From Hyphomicrobiaceae bacterium (GTDB lineage: Bacteria > Pseudomonadota > Alphaproteobacteria > Rhizobiales > Hyphomicrobiaceae): DNA of 64,000 bases. The notes under the pieces were generated by a model. It made no database searches and was not told the DNA's origin. It was given only the letters and a program-made list of their open reading frames with translations. The stretch is taken from assembly GCA_020442185.1 (NCBI GenBank), contig JAGRKS010000010.1, positions 16,454 to 80,453 on the forward strand. The letters are read 5' to 3'. The number at the start of each line of letters is the position of its first letter. The first letter of the stretch is position 1. The position numbers and the translations under genes were made by a program. Shown piece after piece: positions 1 to 10,024 of this stretch.

Positions 1-164
1 GGTGTGGCGTCTGGCAGAGCGGACCCTCGTGCGGCGTATCGGGTGGCTATTCGCATCGCGTGGGTCATTCGTGCTGCGCGGCCATCGCCGACGTTTCTGG
101 TCCCGGGCGCTGGTCGCCGCGCGGTCCAACGTGACGACGAGCGCGTGAGCGGCTCGGCCGCTCG

Positions 165-2021
165 TCAGCTCCGCGACCTGAGGCGTCGATAGTGCCGCGA
201 ATAGGACTCGGCTCTCGCAGCGTCGCGCGTCGCGTACCATTGGTTGTTCAGTCGTCTCGGTGTGCGCGGCTCCTGGGCCGCTATTGCGGCGTCCGGAACG
301 GGCTTTGCCGTCGGCAGAGGCGGCTCGTTCACAGATGTCGTAATGCCTCGGCGCACGATGACATTGTGCCGTCGCACCGGTAATGCAGGCTTGACCGCGG
401 CAGCCGTTGGCGGGGGCTCAGCCGTCGCAACGTCGGGGGTGGTGCGATCGGCCTGGCTCGGGCGACGTTGGGACATCTCGACTGCCATGCGGTGGGCGGC
501 GCGTGTCTCGGCTATGGCCTCGCCAATCGGTTCGCGCGTCGCTTCATGTTCGCTCTCACCGGGATTCGAAACAAGAACAGCAGGCTGCTTACCAGCAGGT
601 TTGTCGAGTTGAACTGCCTTGCGGCGCAACTTGCCCGGCTGCACGACCGGAGGCCGAAGTTCCTGGCGGGGCGGCTCCTTCACACTCGATTTCAGAATGC
701 TGCCGAGAAACTGATCCATGCTCACGGGAATGTTCTGGTCCTCGTCGTCCATCTCGATGGATACAGTGTCACCCGGCTCCACCAGCGACGCTTCGTGGGC
801 GACGATTTCCGTCGGGAACCCGGATACCACGCGTACGATCTTCATGATCGGCTTCTTCTTCGAGTTGCGGATCTGGCCACTCAACAACTTCGGTGCGACG
901 ACGCGCGATTCATAGAGAAGCCGCGCGGCAGTCTCGGCACGGGTCGCGAGATCCTGAAGTTTGGCCTGGGTCTGCCTGAGGTCGTTGGCAACCTCGTTTG
1001 TGATCTTGTTGCGTAGATCGAGGCTTGCGATGTCGGTCTTGCTGATCTCCTGCTGGGCTTTCGCTTCAGCGGTCGTCAGGCGAAGACGTTCGCTCTCGAG
1101 TTGTGCCTCGAGCCGGCGCAACTGAAGAAGCCGTGGCGCAGCGGCGAGGCCTTTGCTCTCGAGCACCTTCAACGTATCGAGTTCGCCTCGGACCAGCGAA
1201 ATCTGCGTCTGCTGCGTGTGGACCTGACCGGCAATGGATTCGAGCTCGGTCTCGAGGTAGGACTTCAGTTGCTGCAGAGCGGCAAGTTGCGAGGCCACGC
1301 TTGTTCTGCGGGTATCGAATATGAGGCGCTCCTGGTCGATGAGTATGCGAACCGCAGCATCATCAGCGCGGTCGAGAAGTTGCTTCGGGAACGCAATTTC
1401 GGTCGCCAGACTGATTTCCGCTTCGTAGCGTGCGCGACGTGCCAGCAGGCTGTCGATCTCGGTCTGCAGCGTTTTGATTTCGCCTTCGCCCGATATCGCT
1501 TCGCGTTCGAGACGCAGCAATCCAGGGTCGTTTGTCCGCTTCATTCCTCCGGCGAGTGCCACGGATTGCAGCAGCGTCAAACCGGGACGGTATGGGTATT
1601 CGCCCGGCCGTTCGACGTTTCCGACAATGAAGAACGGGCGATATTGCACGATCTCGACGGCCGTGTTCGGGGCATCGACGAGCTTCAGACGCTCCTTCAG
1701 CAGATTGCCGATGTTGTCCGAGAGTTCGGCCGTCGTCAGGCCGAGCGCGGACGTCACGCCGATCAGCGGCAAAGACAGGTTTCCGTCGGCACCGACAAAG
1801 AACTCCTCCCTCAGCGCCGGCCATTCGATGACTTCGTCCTTTGAGGCGCGCCATTGATAGACGCGGATACGAATCTTATCGAGTGGGCCGAGTGTGTAGT
1901 TTGCCGCGGCTGCGATGACCGGCCGGGCATCGGCGACGACAAGGGTGGGCAGAACCACCAGCGAAAGCAGCAGCGCGAAGATGCAGCGCAGACGCTTCTG
2001 CGAACCTTGGATGTTCGTCAT
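165..2021 (-). CDS. Polysaccharide export protein (Wza/ExoF/PssN-like, Poly_export + SLBB) with coiled-coil and Pro-rich C-terminal extension
   Basis: 618-aa ORF with an N-terminal signal peptide (LLLSLVVLPTLVVA). Next comes Poly_export/SLBB-type sequence (LGPLDKIRIRVY, FFIVGNVERPGEYPY, LTLLQSVALAGG). A long heptad-like middle and a Pro/Ala-rich tail are atypical additions. Confidence 0.8.
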   Translation of the reverse strand: MTNIQGSQKRLRCIFALLLSLVVLPTLVVADARPVIAAAANYTLGPLDKIRIRVYQWRASKDEVIEWPALREEFFVGADGNLSLPLIGVTSALGLTTAELSDNIGNLLKERLKLVDAPNTAVEIVQYRPFFIVGNVERPGEYPYRPGLTLLQSVALAGGMKRTNDPGLLRLEREAISGEGEIKTLQTEIDSLLARRARYEAEISLATEIAFPKQLLDRADDAAVRILIDQERLIFDTRRTSVASQLAALQQLKSYLETELESIAGQVHTQQTQISLVRGELDTLKVLESKGLAAAPRLLQLRRLEAQLESERLRLTTAEAKAQQEISKTDIASLDLRNKITNEVANDLRQTQAKLQDLATRAETAARLLYESRVVAPKLLSGQIRNSKKKPIMKIVRVVSGFPTEIVAHEASLVEPGDTVSIEMDDEDQNIPVSMDQFLGSILKSSVKEPPRQELRPPVVQPGKLRRKAVQLDKPAGKQPAVLVSNPGESEHEATREPIGEAIAETRAAHRMAVEMSQRRPSQADRTTPDVATAEPPPTAAAVKPALPVRRHNVIVRRGITTSVNEPPLPTAKPVPDAAIAAQEPRTPRRLNNQWYATRDAARAESYSRHYRRLRSRS

Positions 2022-2055
2022 CGTCCCGACCCTCGTTCAAGCGACCGCATCGCGG

Positions 2056-2925
2056 TCACAGCTTCAATGCATGCTCGGGCTCTATCCGGCCCTTTGCCAG
2101 ATGTAGTAACCCGATGAGATTTCCGACGAACCGTCCCCGTCTGTCGATGTGGGGCTCGGACCAGATACTTCTGACCGTGTTGGCGGCAAGATTGCGCGCA
2201 ATGAGCGCCAGGCCGCGCTTGCCCGTCACGGTGCCCTTGCGAATGAGATAGATTGGATTGACGACTTGCGAGTAGCCGAAGCGGCGGCCGCTGACGCGTC
2301 CCGCCTTGGCGCCGAGGTGAACGCCCCGGATGGAATCGAGCTTCACGACGCGGCCCGCGCTGCGCATCTGGCTCGAGAAGTCGACATCTTCCTGCCAGCC
2401 GTAGAGCGGTAGCCGCTCGTCGAACCTCAGTGGTCCAATGCTGTTCGTCCGGAAGGCCATATTGCAGCCATAGGTGCTGAATACCTCGCGCCAGCGCCAG
2501 TGCCTGATCGAGCGGGCATCACCAGCTATGGCCGCGATAGCCTCGTCGAAGGCGATGCCGCGGCCTTTGATCCCGTCGGCAATGACGTGTCCTGTCACCG
2601 CCACCCAGTCGGGATGCTTGGCAAAGCCCCGCTCGAGCAGTTCGATGTAGTCGTTCGCCGGTACGAAGTCGTCGTCGAAGAAGACGACGACGTCGGTGTC
2701 ACCCAACACCTTCTCGAGTGCCTGATTGCGTTGGGCGCTCAGGCCGTGCTTGCCGAAGCTGAACTCCACGGGGACCGCAGCGGCGGATAGCTCGCCGACA
2801 TGCGAGGCGTCGGGAGCGGAAATGACGATGCGGTCCGGCGGTCGCGACTGCTGCGACAAATGCGCAAGCAGACGCGCGACCAGCGCAGGCCTTCCATATG
2901 TCGGGACTATGACGGCAAGTCGCAT
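2056..2925 (-). CDS. Family 2 (GT-A) glycosyltransferase
   Basis: 289 aa. MRLAVIVPTYGRP N-terminus and the FFDDDFVP acidic motif are typical of GT2 enzymes. It lies in a polysaccharide gene context. Confidence 0.85.
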   Translation of the reverse strand: MRLAVIVPTYGRPALVARLLAHLSQQSRPPDRIVISAPDASHVGELSAAAVPVEFSFGKHGLSAQRNQALEKVLGDTDVVVFFDDDFVPANDYIELLERGFAKHPDWVAVTGHVIADGIKGRGIAFDEAIAAIAGDARSIRHWRWREVFSTYGCNMAFRTNSIGPLRFDERLPLYGWQEDVDFSSQMRSAGRVVKLDSIRGVHLGAKAGRVSGRRFGYSQVVNPIYLIRKGTVTGKRGLALIARNLAANTVRSIWSEPHIDRRGRFVGNLIGLLHLAKGRIEPEHALKL

Positions 2926-3293
2926 TCTCGATACCCGCGTTCATCGTCGGAACGGCTGGCGCCAGTCGCCGAAGACGGAACTCCACATCAGCCGCGATCA
3001 ATATTCGAATCTATGCCGATCACCTCTGCCGGATAGGGTTTATTTCGACCAGTGTCGCGCACTCACGTCCCCAAACGGAGGAGCCGCGTGATGCCGAAAG
3101 AGGTATGCGTGAGGCACAATGGCGGAGAAGGTGGCGCCAACCGGATCGATAGAAGACGAAGTGGCTTGTTGTCGGCGCAAGGCCGCGACGCGATGCTGGC
3201 TGAACGTGATGCCGGTCTGCCTTAGACGGGCGCTCGTGGTCGCCCCCGTTGGCGGGGCGAAATTTGGATCGAAGCCGCAAAGGACCGTGCAAC

Positions 3294-4538
3294 ATGTCGA
3301 CACCAGCCGATCGTCGAACGGCCGCAGTCCAAACCGCCGAAGTCATCAACATGCCGGATCGGGCGATTCCGACGGAGCGCACCGCGAAGACAAGCCAACC
3401 ACGCGTCGCCATCGTCCACGACTGGTGCCCGTCGTTTCGCGGCGGTGAGAGGGTGCTGGCCGAGCTGTGCGCGGTCTTCGAAGGTGCCGACGTCTTCACG
3501 ATCTTCGATTTCCTGCCCGCGGATGTGAAGGCGGAGTATTTCGAGAACGTCGCAATCCATACGTCTGTCGCCAATCGCCTGCCGTTCGTCGAGAAGTACT
3601 ATCGCAATCTGTTCTTTGCCTGTCCGTTCCTGATCGAGCAGTTCGACGTAACGTCGTACGACGCAGTGGTCAGTTCATCGGCGGCTTTTGCGCGTGGCGT
3701 CTTGACACGACCCGACCAGGCCCACCTCTCTTATGTGCACAGCCCCATCCGCTATGCGTGGGACGAGCAGTTCTCATATCTCGACCAGGGCGCCATGAAG
3801 TATGGCCCGAAAGGACTGCTGTTCCGCTACATGCTGCACAAGTTGCGCACATGGGATACGCGCACGGCCCACGGGCCGGATATCATGCTCGCCAACTCGA
3901 GCTATGTGCGCGCGCGCATCGGACGGATCTACGGACGCAACTCCGACGTCGTTTTTCCGCCGGTCGAAGTGGACAAGCTGACCTTCCGATCCGAGAAGGA
4001 CGACTATTACGTCACGGCCTCCTTTCTCGCACCCTACAAGCGCACCGACCTCGTCATTCAGGCATTCAACGAGATGCCAGACAGGCGGCTGGTTGTAGTC
4101 GGCGAAGGACAGCAGTCGAGCACACTACGCAAGCTCGCAAAGGCCAATGTCACCTTCACGGGCTTCCTGCCGCGCGCAGAGTACGTCGATACCGTGGCGC
4201 GCGCGCGGGCTCTGGTCTTTGCCGGCTGCGAGGATTTCGGCATCGCGCTCGCCGAGGCACAGGCCTGCGGCACGCCGCTCGTGGCACTTGGCAGAGGTGG
4301 CGCGCGCGATATCGTTCGTGCGCTCGGTCATGCGGCGCGTCCGACGGGTGTACTCTACAAACAGCAGACGGTGGCCGACACGATCGCAGCGGTGGAGCAT
4401 TTCGAGGACCATTCGAGCGAGATTACCGCGGAAGCATGCCGCGACAACGCAGTGCGCTTCGGTTCGGAGCGGTTCCGTCGGGAAATCCGCGCGGCATTCG
4501 AGAGATCTGTCGCAAGCCGCGATGCGGCATTTGGCTGA
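3294..4538 (+). CDS. Family 4 (GT-B, Glycos_transf_1) glycosyltransferase
   Basis: ORF track gives 3249..4538. ATG 3294 has AAGGA about 9 nt upstream, and ATG 3351 is an alternative. RVAIVHDW near the N-terminus and EDFGIALAEAQACGTPLVA in the C-terminal half are GT4-type. Confidence 0.8.
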   Translation: MSTPADRRTAAVQTAEVINMPDRAIPTERTAKTSQPRVAIVHDWCPSFRGGERVLAELCAVFEGADVFTIFDFLPADVKAEYFENVAIHTSVANRLPFVEKYYRNLFFACPFLIEQFDVTSYDAVVSSSAAFARGVLTRPDQAHLSYVHSPIRYAWDEQFSYLDQGAMKYGPKGLLFRYMLHKLRTWDTRTAHGPDIMLANSSYVRARIGRIYGRNSDVVFPPVEVDKLTFRSEKDDYYVTASFLAPYKRTDLVIQAFNEMPDRRLVVVGEGQQSSTLRKLAKANVTFTGFLPRAEYVDTVARARALVFAGCEDFGIALAEAQACGTPLVALGRGGARDIVRALGHAARPTGVLYKQQTVADTIAAVEHFEDHSSEITAEACRDNAVRFGSERFRREIRAAFERSVASRDAAFG

Positions 4539-4687
4539 AGGCGTCCACGTCCGCGGTTTGAGGCCGTCCGCGGTGTGAGGCCTTCGTGTGACGGCATCGA
4601 ACACGGCGATACGAGCCCGGCGATAATAGGGCGGGAGGTATCGGTTCACGCCGCGGTGCCGTCAGCGACCTTCGGGCTGGCGCCGTC

Positions 4688-6061
4688 TCATGTCTCCACA
4701 ACACCGCGCTGGACCACATCGCGCAGAGGCTGGCTCGTTCTGTCGAGACACTCACAGTAGATCCGCAGAAGCTCCTCAGACCAGGACTCGATCGTCAGGC
4801 AGCTCGCCGGTGCAACGGCATGGGCAGCGCGGCTCAACGCGTCGGCGAGTTCATCATCGCGGGCGACGTTTGAGATCTGAGCTGCGAGGGAGGCGACATC
4901 GCCGGATCTGCAGGTCAAACCCATGCCGGCTTCGACCACCTCGCGCGCAATAAAGGCTGTGTCAGTGATGATGACCGGAATACCACTCGTCAGGGCTTCC
5001 ATGGCGACAAGGCCGAAGGTCTCGCGCACGATGGTGGGAACGACGACGCAGCGCGCGGTGACGGCAACTTCGGCGATTGCGCGTGATGGCAGGCGGCCCA
5101 GAAGCTCGATCTCGGGATGCGTATCGGCGAGCCAGGGCGCGAGTGGTCCGTCGCCGACGACGCGAAGCCGGACGCCCGCCAGGCGTGCTGCACGCGCCAG
5201 CACGTCGATCCCCTTGTCCGCGTCGAGCCGGCCGACATAGAGGAAGTCGCTGTTGGCAGCGGCATCCACGCGCTTCTGCAACCACGGCGTCACCGGATTG
5301 CGAAGGATGCGGATCCGTTCGGATGCGATGCCGCCACGTTCAAGCAGCGGCCGCATGCCTTCATGGACGGCTAGAATGGTCGCGGACGTGTTGTTCAGTT
5401 CGATGGCGTGGTTGCGCACGGACTGGCGCACGACCCTCCAGGCTTTGTGGGCACGGCTGCGCTTATCACATGCTGTCAGCAGGCACGCAGCGCTCATCGG
5501 TCTTCGCTCGCATGGCATTGCACGCGGGTAGTCGTAGAAGCCGCCGTTGGGGCAGACGAGGAAGAAGTCGTGCTGCGAGAACACCAGGCGGTGCGATATC
5601 CGCCGTAGCGGCAGGAAGACCGAAGGCGAGAGATATTTGTGCCAATTGTGCAAATGGTAGATTGTGCCGGGCGTGTCGTTGCACGCGATCCAATGCCCAA
5701 GTTCGTGCCGCGTGCCGGGGTCGAAAAGGCCGCGCATCGCGGCCTTCGCACGCGCTCCTTCGAGCAGGTGTTGGCCGCCGAGGCGGACGACGGACGCGCC
5801 GATGTTGTCGAGTTCGGCGTTGATGGTTGCATCGCCGGTGAGCATCGTCACCTTGATGCCGCGTTGTCGCATGGCGCGGATGCCCGAGAGCGCGATGCTT
5901 GCCGCACCACCACTTTCGAAGCAATCGTCGTTGATCACAACGAGATGTTCAAGCGCACCTCTGGCTTCGCGTTGCGACGGGGCAACGGGCGGCAGCCCCC
6001 CGTCGAGGCCGTCCGTGCGTCGCGGTTGCACGCCGTGCCGCAAGAGTACGGGGCCATTCAT
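4688..6061 (-). CDS. Family 4 (GT-B) glycosyltransferase
   Basis: Maximal ORF is 4688..6112. ATG 6061 is preceded by GGAG and avoids overlap with the upstream gene. ETFGLVAMEALTSGIPVI and RLRVVGDGPL are Glycos_transf_1-type motifs. Confidence 0.75.
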   Translation of the reverse strand: MNGPVLLRHGVQPRRTDGLDGGLPPVAPSQREARGALEHLVVINDDCFESGGAASIALSGIRAMRQRGIKVTMLTGDATINAELDNIGASVVRLGGQHLLEGARAKAAMRGLFDPGTRHELGHWIACNDTPGTIYHLHNWHKYLSPSVFLPLRRISHRLVFSQHDFFLVCPNGGFYDYPRAMPCERRPMSAACLLTACDKRSRAHKAWRVVRQSVRNHAIELNNTSATILAVHEGMRPLLERGGIASERIRILRNPVTPWLQKRVDAAANSDFLYVGRLDADKGIDVLARAARLAGVRLRVVGDGPLAPWLADTHPEIELLGRLPSRAIAEVAVTARCVVVPTIVRETFGLVAMEALTSGIPVIITDTAFIAREVVEAGMGLTCRSGDVASLAAQISNVARDDELADALSRAAHAVAPASCLTIESWSEELLRIYCECLDRTSQPLRDVVQRGVVET

Positions 6062-6092
6062 GACGATGCTCCACAATTGTTGCGGCCACGTT

Positions 6093-7406
6093 TCAAGGTC
6101 CGCTCTCGGCATCCGTCACGGGCATTGCCGTCCGCTTCGGGTGAGTAAAGCGAACCGCGGCCGGGCCGGTCGAAAAGGCACAATGTGAAAGCCAACGCTG
6201 GAGCGGTCTCTCGATGTGGTCGTAACTCGCCAGCGAGATCGCGCAGACCAGAAAAAAGGTCAGGACAATCCCGAAGGCAGCTGGCACCGGGTCCGAGAAG
6301 CCGCTCCAGTGAAGGATTGTGACGCCCACGTTCTGATGGAGGAGGTACATACCGTAGGACGCCTGTCCAAGCCGTACCAGTGGCCGATACGAGAACCAGG
6401 ACATCACGACCTTGTGCCATGCGAAGGCATAGAAGATCAGGATGATTGCCGCATGCGCGAGGAGGTATTGGATCAGCTGTCCATACGCCTTGGAGCCTGG
6501 CGACAATGTGTAGATGGCGAGGTTTGCGAAAGCGTGGAAGACGGCGAACGCACCCAGGAAGCGCACCAGTCTCGTGCCCCGGCCGGTGAAGACGAGATAG
6601 GATGCAATGCCGAACGAGAAATACGGAATCGATTGCTGAAAGATGAGTCCGTCGAGCGCAGCAAGCGCGTTGCCGCCATGCAATCGGGCGGCCAACCCGA
6701 TGGCGAATGCGATCACCTCGAATATCAGCCAGTTTCGGATCAGAAATGATCGGTTCGCGAAGAACAGGACGCCGAACACGGCGTAGAAGCGAACCTCTGT
6801 CCATAGCGACCAGTACGCGCCGTCGAGCCATTGCCAGCCTTCGGTGCCGAGCAGACGGCCCAGGTGCTGTGGCGGGAAAATCAGCACCGAGGAGATGTAT
6901 TCCGGGACCGAGACGCGCAATTCCACCGGCCCGAACAGCGTGACAATCGCGAACGTCGCCGTGCCGAACAGAAGCAGCGGTGGCCAAAGACGAATGATGC
7001 GTCGGACGGCGAACTCGCCGAGGCTTCTGCATTTCTCGAGCGTCAGGAAGATCACAAAGCCCGATATCATGAAGAAGAGTTGAACGCCGAAGAACCCCAC
7101 GTCGACGAGCGGAATGCGCGCGAAGGTGTCGCCATAGGCGAGCAGGGGATCGCCGCCGCCCGTCGGTGTCCAGAAATAGAGGTAGTGGAAGAGCATGACC
7201 CAGAGCACGGCGACGGCGCGCATGCCATCGAGTGATGCGAGGCGTTCTTTGCCGTGATCGGACTGTGGTGATTGCTGGTTCCGCAAGCCGCCCTCGCCTG
7301 TCAGTCTGGAGGAAGTCGTGTCTAGATCTGCAGTTCGGAAGTGGCCCCGCCTGGCGAGTCTGCCCCGCCATCGCACCCGAGGGGGCGCCCCATTGCCAGC
7401 CACCAA
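6093..7406 (-). CDS. Acyltransferase family 3 membrane protein (OafA/ExoZ-type polysaccharide O-acyltransferase)
   Basis: LDGMRAVAVLWVMLFHY plus many hydrophobic segments through the whole protein. The true start is probably downstream of the maximal-ORF start at 7406. Confidence 0.8.
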   Translation of the reverse strand: MVAGNGAPPRVRWRGRLARRGHFRTADLDTTSSRLTGEGGLRNQQSPQSDHGKERLASLDGMRAVAVLWVMLFHYLYFWTPTGGGDPLLAYGDTFARIPLVDVGFFGVQLFFMISGFVIFLTLEKCRSLGEFAVRRIIRLWPPLLLFGTATFAIVTLFGPVELRVSVPEYISSVLIFPPQHLGRLLGTEGWQWLDGAYWSLWTEVRFYAVFGVLFFANRSFLIRNWLIFEVIAFAIGLAARLHGGNALAALDGLIFQQSIPYFSFGIASYLVFTGRGTRLVRFLGAFAVFHAFANLAIYTLSPGSKAYGQLIQYLLAHAAIILIFYAFAWHKVVMSWFSYRPLVRLGQASYGMYLLHQNVGVTILHWSGFSDPVPAAFGIVLTFFLVCAISLASYDHIERPLQRWLSHCAFSTGPAAVRFTHPKRTAMPVTDAESGP

Positions 7407-7723
7407 TTCGATAGCGTCGCCGGTTGCGGCCGGCCGGAGGCTACGTCTTCAGCGGTAGAGCGCAACTATCGAAGGAGGTCGGTTGCTGTCGCATGCAACC
7501 AACTGGGGTGCCCGGTCGGCGAGGGCAGCACGCTAGGGTCTAAGGGGCTGCATGATGCGGCGCCGGTCGGCATCCGCACGCATGCGACCGCCTGCTTGCC
7601 GAACAATGGGACCCTCGCGTGATGGAGACTTGCGAAGTCCGCACGAAGTTCGTGGACGATGGGAGTGCATCGGCGTGCGATGCCGCTGCGACCGTCAGGA
7701 CGACGTCCGAGGAGCCGGCTGCG

Positions 7724-8464
7724 ATGCCGCGTCGTGGCCAGGATCTACTTGGCCCTGGATCCGGCACACCTGTCGTGATCGATCTCTGGCTGGTGGATCT
7801 GCAAGCCGGCGAGGCGGAGACGCAGCGGTTGTCCGGCATCTGCAGCCGAGAAGAGCGTGAGAAGGCGGCGACCTTTCTGCATTCAGCCGACAGCCGCCGC
7901 ACGCTCGTTTGTCGTGGGCGTCTCCGCGAGATCCTCGCTCACTATGTGGGCGCTCCCCCGAATGGCCTCACGATTGGTGTGGGCCGACGCGGCAAGCCCT
8001 TCCTTGCTGAGCCAGGGTCGATCAAGTGTCGTAACAGACAGCCGTTCTTCAACGTCAGCCACTGCGGCGAGAAGGCGGCGATCGCAATATCCCTGCAACA
8101 AGATGTCGGCGTCGATATCGAGATGCCGCGCCATGTCGAACCGGAGATTGCAACGCTCTACTTCGCGGCTGCCGAGGTGGAGGCGCTCAGTCGCCTCAGT
8201 GGCGCTGCGTGGCGTCTCGGCTTCTTTCGTTGTTGGACGCGCAAGGAAGCATTCCTGAAGCTGCTCGGTTGTGGCTTGGCACGTACGCTCGACAGCTTCT
8301 CGGTGCCGATCGATGCGGACGGCGAGGCGCTGTCTGTCAGCTGCGGGGCGGCGAGTGCCAGTCGCTGGCGCTTGCAGTCGTTCGAAGACGGGACCGGGCT
8401 GATCGGCGCGGTGTGCGTCGAAAGCGGAGCGCGGCCGGTGGTCGTCAGGCGGTATTTCGCATGA
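7724..8464 (+). CDS. Sfp-type 4'-phosphopantetheinyl transferase
   Basis: ORF track gives 7619..8464. ATG 7724 gives a 246-aa protein, the usual Sfp size. Motifs: FNVSHCGEKAAIAIS, VGVDIE, WTRKEAFLKLLG. Confidence 0.85.
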   Translation: MPRRGQDLLGPGSGTPVVIDLWLVDLQAGEAETQRLSGICSREEREKAATFLHSADSRRTLVCRGRLREILAHYVGAPPNGLTIGVGRRGKPFLAEPGSIKCRNRQPFFNVSHCGEKAAIAISLQQDVGVDIEMPRHVEPEIATLYFAAAEVEALSRLSGAAWRLGFFRCWTRKEAFLKLLGCGLARTLDSFSVPIDADGEALSVSCGAASASRWRLQSFEDGTGLIGAVCVESGARPVVVRRYFA

Positions 8465-8552
8465 AGGCGCAGGCAACCCTATCGCTGGTGTGCAATCGCG
8501 TCGCCCGACCTTCAGTCGCGTCGTCAGGACTAGGAATCGTCGAGGCGACAGG

Positions 8553-10004
8553 ATGACCTTGGAGCCGATCGGATTACTGACGCTGCTTGCGGGCTTGTTC
8601 ATCCTTGTGCGCGGGCCGGACGTCGGCATCCACCTGTTGTTGCTGGCGACGCTACTCGGCTCTGCCGCCGCGACCAATTTGCCGGCCGTCGGCAACGCCA
8701 GCATACCGCCGAGCCACCTCCTGCTTCTGTTCTATATCATATCTATGGCCAATCAGCGTGGTGGCGTGGCGACGGCTTTCGAGGCACTCCGCTTCCCCAA
8801 TGCCGGTTTCTGGCTCTTGCTGTTCGTCGTCTACGGCGTCCTGACCGCGTTGCTGCTGCCGCGCGTGTTCGCTGGGGAGACGGATGTGTTTTCCATCGCG
8901 CGCAGCGGCATCAAGCGCTACGGGATCGTGACGCGGTCGCTGTCCCCAACCGCCGCGAACATTACGCAGACGGTGTACCTCCTCGGTGACTTCGCGATGT
9001 TCCTCGCGGTAACCGTGCATATCATGCTTCGCGGCGCGAGAGCGGTCGTGAGCGGGCTGCTGCTTGCGTGCGCCGTAAACATCGGCTTCGCCCTGCTCGA
9101 TGTCGTGACTTTCGCGACGGGTACAGATGCGGTGCTCTCGGTTATCCGCAATGCCAACTATGCAATCCTTTCCGACGCATCCATCGCGGGACTTAAGCGC
9201 ATTGTCGGTTCGTTCCCGGAGGCTAGCGCATTCGGCACCGCAACAATGTTCCTGTTCGTGTTCTCGACAGAGATGTGGTTGCGCAATCGGCACAAGATGC
9301 TGACCAGTTCACTTGCGGTCATCTCGTTCCTGCTGCTCGTGTTGTCGACCTCCTCGTCGACGTACTTCGGTTTGGGGATCTATGCGGCGGTGTTCTACTT
9401 CCGCGCCGTCGCATATGTGATCCGTGGCGACGCCTCCTTGCGGATCGTACTGCTGGTGGTCGCGGCCCCCGTAGCATTCATTGTGCTTTCGAGCATGGTC
9501 ATGCTGATACCCGCGATCTGGCAAACGATTGTCGATCTCGTCGAGCGGACTGTCTCGAATAAGCTGTCGAGCCATTCCGGCATCGAACGCGGCAACTGGA
9601 ATTCCCAAGGCTTGCGCGTCTTCCTCGATACCGGCTTTCTCGGAGCCGGTGTCGGCAGTGTCCGCACATCGAGTTTCATCGTGGCTCTACTGGCGAACAC
9701 GGGGATCGTCGGCCTCATCACTTTCTTCGCTTTTGTATCTGCCGTTGTCGCCTCAGCGGTGCGGCGCCGGGCGAGCCACTATGGCGCCGAGCGTGCCTCG
9801 GCCGCATGGGCCGCGGTCAGCGCCCTGCCTGCTGCCTCCGTGGCGCTGAGCAGCGTCGATCTCGGACTCTTCTTCTTTTGCTGTGCCGCACTCGCTGCGG
9901 CGTCGAATGCATCGGTGCATCACGCGTTTCCCGCTGGTCGCGACGTGCCGAGGCGCATCGGGGGATATCACATCGATACGGTCGTCAACCCCTCGCGGGC
10001 GTGA
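8553..10004 (+). CDS. O-antigen ligase/Wzy-like polysaccharide polymerase (polytopic membrane protein)
   Basis: ORF track gives 8490..10004. ATG 8553 opens directly into the first TM segment (MTLEPIGLLTLLAGLFIL). More than 10 hydrophobic segments. The GAGVGSVRTSSFIVALLANTGIVGLITFFAF region resembles the Wzy_C/O-antigen ligase signature. Confidence 0.7.
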   Translation: MTLEPIGLLTLLAGLFILVRGPDVGIHLLLLATLLGSAAATNLPAVGNASIPPSHLLLLFYIISMANQRGGVATAFEALRFPNAGFWLLLFVVYGVLTALLLPRVFAGETDVFSIARSGIKRYGIVTRSLSPTAANITQTVYLLGDFAMFLAVTVHIMLRGARAVVSGLLLACAVNIGFALLDVVTFATGTDAVLSVIRNANYAILSDASIAGLKRIVGSFPEASAFGTATMFLFVFSTEMWLRNRHKMLTSSLAVISFLLLVLSTSSSTYFGLGIYAAVFYFRAVAYVIRGDASLRIVLLVVAAPVAFIVLSSMVMLIPAIWQTIVDLVERTVSNKLSSHSGIERGNWNSQGLRVFLDTGFLGAGVGSVRTSSFIVALLANTGIVGLITFFAFVSAVVASAVRRRASHYGAERASAAWAAVSALPAASVALSSVDLGLFFFCCAALAAASNASVHHAFPAGRDVPRRIGGYHIDTVVNPSRA

Positions 10005-10024
10005 AACGAAATGGAAGCACCGCC

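Noticed and set aside
4-192. 62-aa plus-strand ORF at the left edge.
   Set aside because: It has Arg/Ala-rich composition and no RBS or motif, and it overlaps the 3' end of the export-protein gene. It is not supportable as a gene.
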